64,000 nucleotides of DNA from contig DUMF01000026.1 in assembly GCA_012840015.1 (NCBI GenBank), forward strand, positions 21,176 through 85,175, given 5' to 3'. A program made the translations under genes and the position numbers. The notes beneath the pieces were generated by a model that searched no databases, had not been told where the DNA came from, and saw only the letters and a program-made list of their open reading frames with translations. The stretch is from Bacillota bacterium (GTDB taxonomy: Bacteria > Bacillota > Sulfobacillia > DUMF01). Shown here piece by piece: positions 29,281 to 38,816 of the stretch (the first letter of the stretch is position 1; every line of letters begins with the position of its first letter).

Positions 29281-30492
29281 TCCGTGGATAGCGTCATACC
29301 CCGCTTCCGCAAGCCTAGCTTCGATCCTGCGCATATGCTCCGGCCCGTACGTTTCCACCCTGATTTCTACCTCGGCTTGCCCGAGTACGAGATCTTGCCG
29401 GAGTCGGTCGTGCTCGACACTTACTACATTCGCCCCCTCGCTGGCGATAATATTCAAGAGCTTGAGGAGAGAACCAGGTCTATCGGGCACGCGGGTTACA
29501 ATCTGCATGTACCGGCCAGCTTTACTGAGGCCATGCTCGATGATCCGTGACATGAGGTTCACATCCACGTTCCCGCCGCTGATTATAGCAACCACCTTCT
29601 TACCAGGGCACGGGATCTTGCCGGAAACAAGTGCTGCTAGAGACGCGGCGCCTGCACCTTCCGCTACGAGCTTTGCCCGCTCTAAGAGCAGGAGCATGGC
29701 ATGCGCTATTTGGTCATCATCTACGGTTACAACGCCGTCCAGGTACTTTCGGCAGTAGTCGAACGTAAGCCCACCGGGTTTTTTCACCGCGATCCCATCC
29801 GCGATGGTATTCACACTGTCCAGAGCAGTGGGTTTCTTCCCAGCCAAAGACCTGACCATGGAAGGCGCCCCCGCTGCCTGCACCCCAAACACTCTGACTG
29901 ACGGTTTTATTTCCTTTGCCGCCATAGCTATGCCCGATGCCAATCCGCCGCCCCCAATTGGTACCACCAGGACGTCAACTTCAGGCAGTTGCTCCATTAT
30001 TTCCAGGGAAATAGTACCCTGTCCCGCTATAATCTCCTCGTCGTCAAACGGATGGACGAAAGCAGCATCGGTCTCCTTTGTAATCCTCAACGCCTCCTCG
30101 TAGGCTTCGTCGTAATTGCTCCCTTTGAGTACGACCCTGGCTCCATAACCCCGGGTAGCCTCCACCTTGGCCAGTGGCGCTACCGCCGGCATCACAATCG
30201 TGCACGAGATTCCCGCTTCAGTTGCCGCCAGAGCTACTCCCTGGGCGTGATTCCCCGCTGAAGCGGCCACCACGCCCTTCGCTTTTTCTTCTGCCGATAA
30301 ACGGGATATCTTGTTCCATGCACCCCTTATCTTGAATGAGCCCGTTTTTTGCAGGTTCTCCAGCTTGAGGTAGACATCCGCCCCCGTCATGCGACTGAAA
30401 GTCACTGAATGGTCCAGCGGTGTCACTCTGATCACGCCACTAAGTCGCCGGCGGGCCTCATGGAAGCGTTCGAGGCGATCCACGGCATTCAC
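29266..30492 (-). CDS. Threonine/serine dehydratase (PLP fold type II) with C-terminal ACT domain
   Basis: Contains GSFKIRGA PLP-lysine motif, GGGGL loop, and a C-terminal ACT-like region. GTG start overlaps the upstream gene's stop (GTGA). Confidence 0.8.
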   Translation of the reverse strand: MNAVDRLERFHEARRRLSGVIRVTPLDHSVTFSRMTGADVYLKLENLQKTGSFKIRGAWNKISRLSAEEKAKGVVAASAGNHAQGVALAATEAGISCTIVMPAVAPLAKVEATRGYGARVVLKGSNYDEAYEEALRITKETDAAFVHPFDDEEIIAGQGTISLEIMEQLPEVDVLVVPIGGGGLASGIAMAAKEIKPSVRVFGVQAAGAPSMVRSLAGKKPTALDSVNTIADGIAVKKPGGLTFDYCRKYLDGVVTVDDDQIAHAMLLLLERAKLVAEGAGAASLAALVSGKIPCPGKKVVAIISGGNVDVNLMSRIIEHGLSKAGRYMQIVTRVPDRPGSLLKLLNIIASEGANVVSVEHDRLRQDLVLGQAEVEIRVETYGPEHMRRIEARLAEAGYDAIHGSDVR

Positions 30493-31400
30493 CTCTTGTA
30501 CTTGGCTGTCACTCCCAGTTCATCCATGACGCGCTTAAGCTCCTCGAGCTTTTCCGGCGTAGCATCGGGCAGGGGCTTCCTAGGAAAACCTACAGGGATG
30601 CCCAGTAACCTGTAACCAGCCTTTATCATGATAGGATTCGTCACTACGTACAGCAGTTTCAGTAGGGGCAAGTACTTAAAGTAGAGTTCGCGGGAACGAG
30701 CGACATCCTCAAAAGTAGTCCACGGCTTCGCCATCGCAGCCATCTCTTCCGGTATGAGGTTGCCGCCGATGTTGGCAGCGCCATGTCCGCCTAGAGCGAG
30801 GGTAGGCATCAGGATCGAATAGCCGGGGTAGTCACAACAAAGCACGTGAAGTCGCTTGTTTGCTCTCCCCAGTACTTCTACAAGCTGGCTGACGTTCCCC
30901 ATGGCCTCCTTATCTGCCACGAAGTTTTCGCATTCCTCCGAAAGCCTCACAATGGTATCCGGTTCGATAGATACGTGAACCCTCGTAGGATTGTTGTATA
31001 TCGCCACTGGAATCCTTACACTGTTCATCGCAGTCTTCAAAAACTCGTACACAGCCGGTTGCGGCGGCGTGATATATGGAGGTACGGTGAAAAGCACTCC
31101 GTCTGCGCCCTCACCCTCCGCAAACTGGGCCAACCTCACTGTGTCATCGGTGGTGGGGCAGGTAACACCAAAGAAAATGGGCACTCGCCCCTTCGAATAG
31201 GGAGCCATCTCGCGGATGATTCTCCTTTTCTCGTCCATCGACAACAGGGTGGTCTCTCCTGCGGAACCCATTATTAGCAGGGCAGAAGTACCATGAGCGG
31301 CATGAAAGTCCACAATTTCCTTAAAAACACCAAAATCTATTTGATTATTCGAATCGAACGGTGTCGGGATGGCAACCCAGGAGCCACTTGGCCTGAGCAT
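30489..31400 (-). CDS. DapA-family (dihydrodipicolinate synthase / N-acetylneuraminate lyase superfamily) protein
   Basis: Contains TPF, GTSALLIMGSAGE and other DapA-family motifs. GGGGAGAG RBS lies before ATG at MLRPSGSW. Confidence 0.75.
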   Translation of the reverse strand: MLRPSGSWVAIPTPFDSNNQIDFGVFKEIVDFHAAHGTSALLIMGSAGETTLLSMDEKRRIIREMAPYSKGRVPIFFGVTCPTTDDTVRLAQFAEGEGADGVLFTVPPYITPPQPAVYEFLKTAMNSVRIPVAIYNNPTRVHVSIEPDTIVRLSEECENFVADKEAMGNVSQLVEVLGRANKRLHVLCCDYPGYSILMPTLALGGHGAANIGGNLIPEEMAAMAKPWTTFEDVARSRELYFKYLPLLKLLYVVTNPIMIKAGYRLLGIPVGFPRKPLPDATPEKLEELKRVMDELGVTAKYKR

Positions 31401-31506
31401 TCGATCACTCTCCCCATTCTCTGGTAAACTCTCCTGCAATTCTCTATGTTATTACAGCCTTTACTCGGCTTCAACTGATGCGGCTCCTGGGAGTCGCAAA
31501 AATGTT

Positions 31507-31991
31507 CTAGAAAACGTGCCTGTGAGCGAGATGTTCCTGCACTGCCATAAGCGTTTCGCCGAATCGCTGAAAATGCACGATTTCGCGTTCTCTCAGAAAG
31601 CGCAGTACTTCAGACACGTTAGCATCGTCGGACAACCGGATTAGGTTTTCGTAAGTGGCTCTGGCTTTTTGTTCCGCCGCCAGGTCTTCATGCAAATCCG
31701 CGAGCGGATCTCCCTTAGACTGGATGTATGAGGCTACCCACGGTGCACCGGAAGCATTGACGAAGTAAAGGGCCTTGTCGTGATCTGCATAGTACTCATC
31801 CATACCCGCGCGCCGGATCTCCTCGATAGATGCATCCTTCACCAGGTTGTATACCAGCGCGGCTACCATCTCCATGTGAGCAAGCTCTTCTGTCCCGATA
31901 TCGGTGAGAGTAGCCTTCGCCCTGGCTATGGGCATGCTGTACCTCTGGGTTAGATACCTCAACGATGCGCCGAGTTCACCGTCGGGGCCGC
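31507..31991 (-). CDS. cotJC: cotJC (Mn-catalase-like spore coat protein) 3' segment, codons about 34-189, split from its 5' end
   Basis: From DGELGASLRYLTQRY to the C-terminus the sequence matches CotJC/Mn-catalase family (TDIGTEELAHMEM, AAEQKARATYENL, REREIVH). The apparent N-terminal 38 aa of the track ORF are element-derived. Confidence 0.8.
31981..31991. repeat. 11-bp recombination core GTCGGGGCCGC (copy 1, attL-like)
   Basis: Identical 11-mer at 38806-38816. Flanks differ immediately outside the core. Confidence 0.7.
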
Positions 31992-32304
31992 TCGACTGCA
32001 ATTTTTTCCACTGTTCTAGCCGGTGAAAAAAGCCTCGGAGAAGGGCACGCACGAAGGATGAAATCTCTTCCGTCATCGAGCCACGTGCGTCAGGCCGTTT
32101 CTGCATGGCAGGAGGTTTTAATGGGATCTCCCTTTTACTCCCTATATTGACCCTTTTTACGCCCTAATAGCCTTCAACCAGTTGATAGAATCATGGTTTC
32201 TCCAGCTAAAAAGCATTTACCCGGTTGCCCTACGTTCGGCATAATAATTGCTTAGTGTACCCAACAACACAGCTGCGGCAAAAAAACGGCGATGGCGGTG
32301 ATTC

Positions 32305-33399
32305 ATGCTGCGGGAAGTCCAAGAGATCGTAGAACTTACCAAGAGCTTCATTAGGGCAAAGGCGATTGACGCCAGCGGTGTAACCCAGGCTATGGAGATT
32401 GCCGAATCCTGGCTGAAATCGAGGGGGGTGAGAGTTTATAAGGAAAGAAATCAGGGCTTGCCCATGATTGTAGCGTTCGTGGGTCCAACTGGCCCTCAAG
32501 ACCGCGCCAAGGTTCTGCTCAACGGGCACCTCGACGTGGTACCTGGCAAGCCTGAACAGTTCGAGCCGTATGAGTCCGGTGGGAAGCTATTCGGAAGAGG
32601 AAGCTACGACATGCTGGCGGCTGCTGCAGCGATGATGAACTGTGTGGCCAGCCTTGCGAATAAATCTTCATCTCAAGCGGTCGCACTAATGCTGGTTCCA
32701 AGTGAAGAGACAGCAGGCGAGATCGGTACGGGTTTCCTTCTCCAAAAAGGCGTGACGGCAGACTTCGCCATATGTGGCGAGCCTACAAACCTCGGAATAG
32801 CGATCCAGAGCAAAGGCGTACTCCAGATAGAGCTGGAGGTATCGGGTAAGGCCGCTCATGGCTCGAGACCGTGGGAAGGAGAGAACGCGATAGAAAACGC
32901 CTTACACCTTTACAAACAAATAGCGGAACTACCTTTTATGCAAGCACACTCAAGCTGTTATAATGGGCCTTCCCTAAATCTGGCTCGCATTGCAGCAGGC
33001 GATGCTATCAACCGCGTGCCAGACAAGTGCGTGATAGCTCTTGACATCCGTTACTTGCCGGGCCAGCAGTGGCAAGCAATCCTGGAAGAAATTCGGGGTC
33101 TAGCACCGTCCAGCATTAAGGTAATATCTACAGGTGCGCCTGTGTGCGTAGACCAAAATGACCCGCACGTGCTGTTGCTAGCACAAGCAGTCCAGAAGTA
33201 TACGGGCTCGCCTGCTAGGTTCATCTGTCAGCATGGCGCGGCAGACACCAGGTTCTTCGCAGAGGCAGGAATCCCATCGGTCGAGTTCGGACCAGTCGGA
33301 CGGAACCACCATGGTGAGGGCGAGTACGTGGAAGTCAATTCAATCGGCACTTTTCTATCCATCTTGAAGGATTTCATTGAAAGGGAGGTCAAAGCTTAA
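32305..33399 (+). CDS. M20-family peptidase (ArgE/DapE-like deacylase)
   Basis: Contains NGHLDVVP and other M20 metal-ligand motifs. 364 aa. Confidence 0.8.
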   Translation: MLREVQEIVELTKSFIRAKAIDASGVTQAMEIAESWLKSRGVRVYKERNQGLPMIVAFVGPTGPQDRAKVLLNGHLDVVPGKPEQFEPYESGGKLFGRGSYDMLAAAAAMMNCVASLANKSSSQAVALMLVPSEETAGEIGTGFLLQKGVTADFAICGEPTNLGIAIQSKGVLQIELEVSGKAAHGSRPWEGENAIENALHLYKQIAELPFMQAHSSCYNGPSLNLARIAAGDAINRVPDKCVIALDIRYLPGQQWQAILEEIRGLAPSSIKVISTGAPVCVDQNDPHVLLLAQAVQKYTGSPARFICQHGAADTRFFAEAGIPSVEFGPVGRNHHGEGEYVEVNSIGTFLSILKDFIEREVKA

Positions 33400-34784
33400 T
33401 GCATTTGCTGGACTCCATCATCTTCTACCTTTATCTGGCCAGCAACTTGTTCATCGGCTGGTATTTCACAAAGAGAGCCAGGAGCGCTGATGAATTTATC
33501 GTAGCTAATAGGTCTCTTGGTCTGTCAGTATTCATAGCTACCATGGTAGCCACCTCTGTCGGAGGGGGAACTACTATAGGTTATGTGGGCACTATTTATC
33601 AGGGCGGGCTGCTCCTCGTGCCTTCGATACTACTCTTCTACGTGCTGCAGGTAATAATCGCACTGGCTCTGGCAGAACGGCTTAGAGGCTTTGCTGGCTA
33701 TACGGCGCCGGATGTGCTGGGTAGGACATACGGCAAATGGGCTCAGTTGGTTGGCGGAATCGAGAGCATGATTTACATGCTCGGCACAGGTCCTGCACTT
33801 CAAGCGATCGCACTTGGCACTCTCATCAGGATATTCACCGGTTGGCCGCTGGCCTATGGTGCGATACTGGCTATGGCCATTATCGTGATTTACACATATG
33901 CGAGCGGGCTATGGGGCGTGGCCATGACGGATTTCATGCAGTTCATAGTGATGGCCTTTGGCCTGGCGATATGCGGTATTCTGGCTTTAGGTAAAGCGGG
34001 AGGCTGGGCCGGAATCCTGGCCTCAGTGCCTTCCGGATACTTCGATTTCAAGACGAACATCAAATCCATGATCGAGCTGGCTTTTGCCTTATCGCTCCCA
34101 GGGCTAATCGATGGGAACAGGTACCAGAGGTTTTATGCTGCCAAAGATAAGCGTGTGGCCAAAGCTGGCTACCTGCTGGCCATAATTCCGTGGCACCTTA
34201 TGTTCTCCATGATATTCGTGTGCGGCTTCGCCTCCAGGGTGCTTCTAACTGGGGTCAAAGGCGACGCGATATTCCCCACCCTGGTCCTTCAAACCCTACC
34301 TATCGGGCTGCGGGGGTTGGTATTTGCAGCACTCGCGGCTGCCATAATGTCCACCGCTGATTCGTATACGCTTGTCGGTGCTACCAACTTTACGGAAGAC
34401 ATTTACAAGCCGTTCATAAACCCCCATGCCACCGATGAGGAGATCGTCCGCGTTACCAAGCTCAGCGTAGTGGCCCAAGGGGCGTTAGGTGTCATACTAG
34501 CGTTGTGTGTCCCATCCATAATGGGGGTTTGGACGCTAGCCTCGACAGCTTATGTTGGCGGTTGCTTCGTTCCGATGATGGCAGCGTTGTTCACGAAGGG
34601 ACAAAAGTCGCCCGCGGCCGCTCTGTCGTCTATGATACTTGGCGGAGGTATAGGGGTTTACCTGAAGCTGGCGAACAAGTCAATTCTGGGGCAATCGCCA
34701 ATCGTGATAGGCGTGCTGGTGAGTCTAATCGTATACGTGGTTGTCCAGGCAGCCTCACCGCAGAAGCGCGAAGCCATATCATGA
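33399..34784 (+). CDS. Sodium:solute symporter (SSS) family transporter
   Basis: 461 aa, 13 predicted TMs. SSS-family conserved glycine-rich segments. Confidence 0.8.
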   Translation: MHLLDSIIFYLYLASNLFIGWYFTKRARSADEFIVANRSLGLSVFIATMVATSVGGGTTIGYVGTIYQGGLLLVPSILLFYVLQVIIALALAERLRGFAGYTAPDVLGRTYGKWAQLVGGIESMIYMLGTGPALQAIALGTLIRIFTGWPLAYGAILAMAIIVIYTYASGLWGVAMTDFMQFIVMAFGLAICGILALGKAGGWAGILASVPSGYFDFKTNIKSMIELAFALSLPGLIDGNRYQRFYAAKDKRVAKAGYLLAIIPWHLMFSMIFVCGFASRVLLTGVKGDAIFPTLVLQTLPIGLRGLVFAALAAAIMSTADSYTLVGATNFTEDIYKPFINPHATDEEIVRVTKLSVVAQGALGVILALCVPSIMGVWTLASTAYVGGCFVPMMAALFTKGQKSPAAALSSMILGGGIGVYLKLANKSILGQSPIVIGVLVSLIVYVVVQAASPQKREAIS

Positions 34785-34937
34785 GGGGGTTCATCAAATG
34801 GACGTTCTAATCTACTTGCATGCGATCGCCTTGATCGCCTTTTCATGTTGGATGGTATGGGTATTCTTCCAGAAGGAATGGAGCCAAAACTACGCAAGCA
34901 AGAACTAGAATAATTTGGTACCGGAGGCGCTTCTATC

Positions 34938-35831
34938 ATGGATTACGTTGAGAGCTTGCGAGCGATGAACTACCAGGATACGTGGTCCAAGCTCTACTTA
35001 CACCTGGCAAAGGGGCTTGTAGCCGAGTTTGGTCTCGACGGTGAAGCGGCGGTGCGGAAGGCAGTTCGAGACTTCGGAGTAGACAGGGGCAAGGCCCTTA
35101 AGGCACTGCATGAGAAATATGGGCTGAAGCTCAATTTATACAACCTATTTACCTTTTACGATTTGCCCAACGACCCGAGGTTCCGGCGAAACAAAATCAG
35201 CCTGACGTCTCAGCAAAGGCTTTCTGAGACGCTAGTTTGCCCTATCGCAAACATGTGGGCCAGTATGGGCGGAAAGGAACTGGGTCGAGTCTATTGTGAG
35301 GAGTTCCACCACGCCATGTTCATGGCGTATGCTCCGAAGGCACAGGTAAACCTCTCTCAGACCCTGACGCAGGAAGGCGACGATCACTGCAGATTCTCGG
35401 TCTATTTGAGGCCGGCAAACATGGACGAGGCTGAACGGCGTGCTTCATTCGAGGAGTTCGACAAGGATTATGTCAAGCCGGCAGTCTATCCGGAATGCCC
35501 AAGCCACCGGGCCGGGTTCGGTGTACTCTGCGCCAAGCTGTACTATCATATGGTCAGGGTAGCGAAGGAACGCTTCGGAGCCAAGGGGCTGGAGGTTATC
35601 GGCCGCGCTACAAAGGCATTCGCCGCAGATATGTATACTTTTCTGAAGGGCCGTGCCGAAGCGACCGGCGATGCATTCAACGAAGCATTCGTCAGGGAGA
35701 ACTGCCCTATCGAGTTCCCAGTAAACGGTAAGCTAGGTGGACCGTGGGAACAGTTCACCGACCCTGATGCCGAAAGACTCATGATAAGCGAGTTTTTCGG
35801 AGAGCTCAAAAGGCAGCTCGCCGTCAAGTGA
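34938..35831 (+). CDS. Possible L-2-amino-thiazoline-4-carboxylate hydrolase-like protein (weak)
   Basis: 297 aa with CPIANMW and GDDHCRFSVY motifs. These are reminiscent of the ATC-hydrolase family, from memory only. Confidence 0.35.
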   Translation: MDYVESLRAMNYQDTWSKLYLHLAKGLVAEFGLDGEAAVRKAVRDFGVDRGKALKALHEKYGLKLNLYNLFTFYDLPNDPRFRRNKISLTSQQRLSETLVCPIANMWASMGGKELGRVYCEEFHHAMFMAYAPKAQVNLSQTLTQEGDDHCRFSVYLRPANMDEAERRASFEEFDKDYVKPAVYPECPSHRAGFGVLCAKLYYHMVRVAKERFGAKGLEVIGRATKAFAADMYTFLKGRAEATGDAFNEAFVRENCPIEFPVNGKLGGPWEQFTDPDAERLMISEFFGELKRQLAVK

Positions 35832-37380
35832 AGTATACCGAGCTTACGCGGTAAAGGCTGTCGATATAAACTGCATGTAGTACGGCCGAGACGAGCGCTA
35901 GCTTTACGCCGTGCTCGAGTTCGTCTGGATGGCGGAGCAAATCCGCCATCTTTTTTGCAATCGCCGATGCCTCTCGCAGGTGATCTCCTTCAGAGTTCGC
36001 CTCACGAGCGAGTCGCTCCAATTCCAAGCGCAGTGATAGGCTTTCTTTACGAAGCTCCGACATCCGCTCCTGGTATTCTTCAACCGTAATCGCTCCTTGT
36101 TCGAAAGCCAGGCTCTCGAGCTGTCTGGCCTCTCTGTTTCGTGCGGCGAGCTCCAGTATTTTCTGCCTACGCTGGCTTAGATCGTCTCGCCCAATTCTCA
36201 TGTGCCGTACGACCGCGGAGAGAAGTCTGTCGTGGTCTGAAACCGCACCTGCCACCAGATCCATGAGTATCTTGTCGCAAACGTCCATATTCCACGAGCG
36301 TCGTGCGGACTTACACGTTCCGTCGCGGTCGCTGCAAAAGTATGCCCGCCTTTCTCCATGACCGTAGAGTTTACTTCCGCAAACACCACATCGCAGCACC
36401 CCCGAGCCCAAATACCGTTTCCCCGATTGCCATTCGTGCCAGTGCAGCTTGCGGCGAGTTTCCATCTCCTTCTGAAGAAGCTCCCACTCTGCCCTGCTCA
36501 GCAAAGGCTGGTGTGTACCTTCTTTAATCACCCATTCTTCCTTCGGCCTGAGCACTCTCTTGGCCAGCCCGGTTTCTGCGTCACGCACCAGCGTCGTGGC
36601 ATTGTATATGGTGACTCCAAGGTACACAGGGTTGGTTAACACGATCCGCACGGCGTTCGGGTACCATCTTCTGCCCCTGTTAGGTTTTATGCCACGCTGG
36701 TTCAACCACTTCGCGATCTTCGATTGCCCCCAGCCGCTAAGGAACTTCCACACGATTTCCCTGTAAATAGGCGCACGTACGGGGTCCGGTTCGAGGTGCC
36801 CTCCGTCAGCGGTACGCTTATACCCAAAAGCGGGCGTCGCAACGTTGGTCTTTCCATCGCGAGCCTTGAGCATCTGTGTTAGTTTTACCCTGCTTGAAGT
36901 TACCTTACGCTCCCGCTGTGCAAGACCGCCATGCAGCAAGAGGAAGAACTCATCCTCATCCGTCCGGCTGTCATATCCTTCTTTTATCGAAATGAAACAG
37001 GCTCCGCAACTGGCAAGCTCCCTCTTCAACTCCAGCAGGTCGAGGATGTCCCTCGAGGTCCTGGAGATTTCCTTGGTCACAATACCATCGATTCTGCGTG
37101 CTATGACATCGCGCCGCAGTTCCTCCATCTCGCGGCGCGAACCGGCGTATGCACCTGTCCTAATGTCCACATAATGGCGCACTATTTCGTGACCGTTGAA
37201 CAAGGCCCATTCGTTCAGCAGCCGTTTCTGATTCTCAATGCTGCTCCTCTGCTCTTCTTTCCGAGTCGAAACCCTCACGTAGCCCCCCAGCCGCAGTCCC
37301 TTTCGAGCCAGACTGCTCCGAGGATCTTTTAACTCTGGTAGTCTTGTCCCCAGCACGTGAGCCGGTATCAGATCCTCCAT
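35824..37380 (-). CDS. Large serine recombinase (resolvase catalytic domain, recombinase domain, zinc ribbon, coiled coil)
   Basis: GYVRVSTRKEEQRSSIENQ (catalytic Ser), CGVCGSKLYGHGERRAYFC zinc ribbon, and a C-terminal coiled coil. 518 aa. Confidence 0.9.
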   Translation of the reverse strand: MEDLIPAHVLGTRLPELKDPRSSLARKGLRLGGYVRVSTRKEEQRSSIENQKRLLNEWALFNGHEIVRHYVDIRTGAYAGSRREMEELRRDVIARRIDGIVTKEISRTSRDILDLLELKRELASCGACFISIKEGYDSRTDEDEFFLLLHGGLAQRERKVTSSRVKLTQMLKARDGKTNVATPAFGYKRTADGGHLEPDPVRAPIYREIVWKFLSGWGQSKIAKWLNQRGIKPNRGRRWYPNAVRIVLTNPVYLGVTIYNATTLVRDAETGLAKRVLRPKEEWVIKEGTHQPLLSRAEWELLQKEMETRRKLHWHEWQSGKRYLGSGVLRCGVCGSKLYGHGERRAYFCSDRDGTCKSARRSWNMDVCDKILMDLVAGAVSDHDRLLSAVVRHMRIGRDDLSQRRQKILELAARNREARQLESLAFEQGAITVEEYQERMSELRKESLSLRLELERLAREANSEGDHLREASAIAKKMADLLRHPDELEHGVKLALVSAVLHAVYIDSLYRVSSVYFT

Positions 37381-37558
37381 CCGCCTTCACCGCTTCCCAC
37401 AGTACGGCTACCACTCTGTCGTACACGTCCGGAACCTCGGGAATGCCTCCAGCCAATTGGTCCCACCAGAGAATATTTACGCCGCTTCGCCCAGCGGTAG
37501 ATCAGGAAGCACTTGACAAGTGATCGCTCTAGTGGCTAAGTATGAGGAGGGCGCTAGG

Positions 37559-38704
37559 ATGTACAGGCTTTTTCGATTCTGCTTTACTTCGCTCTTACTG
37601 TTGGCACTGTTCGTGCCATTACTAGTGGTTCACAACGCACGGGCTACCCCTAGAGTCGTCTTGGACGGACAAACCATCACCTTCGACGTACCTCCAGTAA
37701 TCGAGCAAGGACGAACTCTCGTCCCCTTGCGCACGATCTTTGAAGCCCTAGGCTGCACCGTGGAGTGGGACCCTGAGAGCGCTACTGTCATCGCCACCAA
37801 AGGGCATACCACGACCATTAAGCTGACAGTGGGCGACAGCATAGCGTATAAGGACGGCCAGCGCGTTCACCTGGACGTGCCGAGCAAGCTCATCCGCGGC
37901 AGGACGATGGTGCCTTTGCGTTTCCTGAGTGAAGCGCTGGGCGCCAGCGTCTCATGGGACGAGGCCACACAAACCGTAACCATTCTCACTCAGCCTGAAG
38001 CAGCAGGCCCCAGCTTATCTCTAGTCTCATCTCTCGTCGAGGCCAGAGTCACAAAGGTCGTTGACGGCGACACAATCTACGTAGAGTTGCCTCAAGGACG
38101 GCAGGAAAAGGTGCGCTTCATCGGTGTGAATACCCCTGAGAGCACTATTGCGCATGAGCCGTACAGCAAGGAGGCTTCAGCATATACGGCCCGGCGGTTA
38201 AGCGGGGCAACGGTTTACCTCGAGAAGGACGTCCAGGAACGCGATAAGTACGGTCGCCTTCTCGCCTACGTGTGGCTGGCACCACCTGAGGAACGCTCCG
38301 AGCAGGAAATAAGGAGGAAGATGTTCAACGCGGAGCTGCTTCGTGAGGGTTACGCCCAGGTGATGACCGTCCCGCCCAATGTCAAGTATGTAGAGGTATT
38401 TCTCAAGCTCCAACGAGAAGCGCGGGAAGCCGGTGAGGGCTTGTGGAGTCTCGAGGACCAAACACCTGAAACTAACCCTTCCCAGCTACCTAGCGTTCTG
38501 GCAGGCCAGCACGACGGGGTACGCCAGGGCGCCGCGGTAAACCAGCAGGACGCGTCTCAGAAGACGGTATACATCACTAAGAGCGGGAGCAAGTACCACC
38601 GTGATGGGTGTAAGTATCTCAGCAAGAGCAAGATTCCCATTTCCCTGAAAGAAGCAAAGAGGCGAGGCCTCGAGCCTTGTCTGAGCTGTAGGCCGGGCTG
38701 CTAA
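37559..38704 (+). CDS. Secreted thermonuclease (SNase-like) with two copper-amine-oxidase-N-like wall-binding domains and C-terminal Cys motif
   Basis: Signal peptide, then two repeats of VLDGQ..F.V.P....GRT.VPLR...E.LG..V.WD. SNase motifs follow (VVDGDTIYV, VRFIGVNTPE, GRLLAYVW), and the protein ends SKYHRDGCKYL...PCLSC. Confidence 0.75.
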   Translation: MYRLFRFCFTSLLLLALFVPLLVVHNARATPRVVLDGQTITFDVPPVIEQGRTLVPLRTIFEALGCTVEWDPESATVIATKGHTTTIKLTVGDSIAYKDGQRVHLDVPSKLIRGRTMVPLRFLSEALGASVSWDEATQTVTILTQPEAAGPSLSLVSSLVEARVTKVVDGDTIYVELPQGRQEKVRFIGVNTPESTIAHEPYSKEASAYTARRLSGATVYLEKDVQERDKYGRLLAYVWLAPPEERSEQEIRRKMFNAELLREGYAQVMTVPPNVKYVEVFLKLQREAREAGEGLWSLEDQTPETNPSQLPSVLAGQHDGVRQGAAVNQQDASQKTVYITKSGSKYHRDGCKYLSKSKIPISLKEAKRRGLEPCLSCRPGC

Positions 38705-38805
38705 CCTCTGCCGCCGAGGCATAATTATTGGGCGTTCAACCGCAGCAGCTCAACTGGGGTGTGCTGGCCCGTGACATCTTAACCATGACATGTCAAAAAA
38801 ATGCA

Positions 38806-38816
38806 GTCGGGGCCGC
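38806..38816. repeat. 11-bp recombination core GTCGGGGCCGC (copy 2, attR-like)
   Basis: Identical to 31981-31991. Confidence 0.7.

Larger units (their letters stand above)
31992..38816. mobile_element. 6.8-kb intervening element inserted in cotJC, encoding a large serine recombinase (skin-like)
   Basis: Bounded by identical 11-bp cores. Its element-side flanks form a 13/14-bp dyad (AAAAAATGCAGTCG / CGACTGCAATTTTT). Joining the outside flanks restores ...IITQYGGPDGELGASLRY... in frame. Confidence 0.75.
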
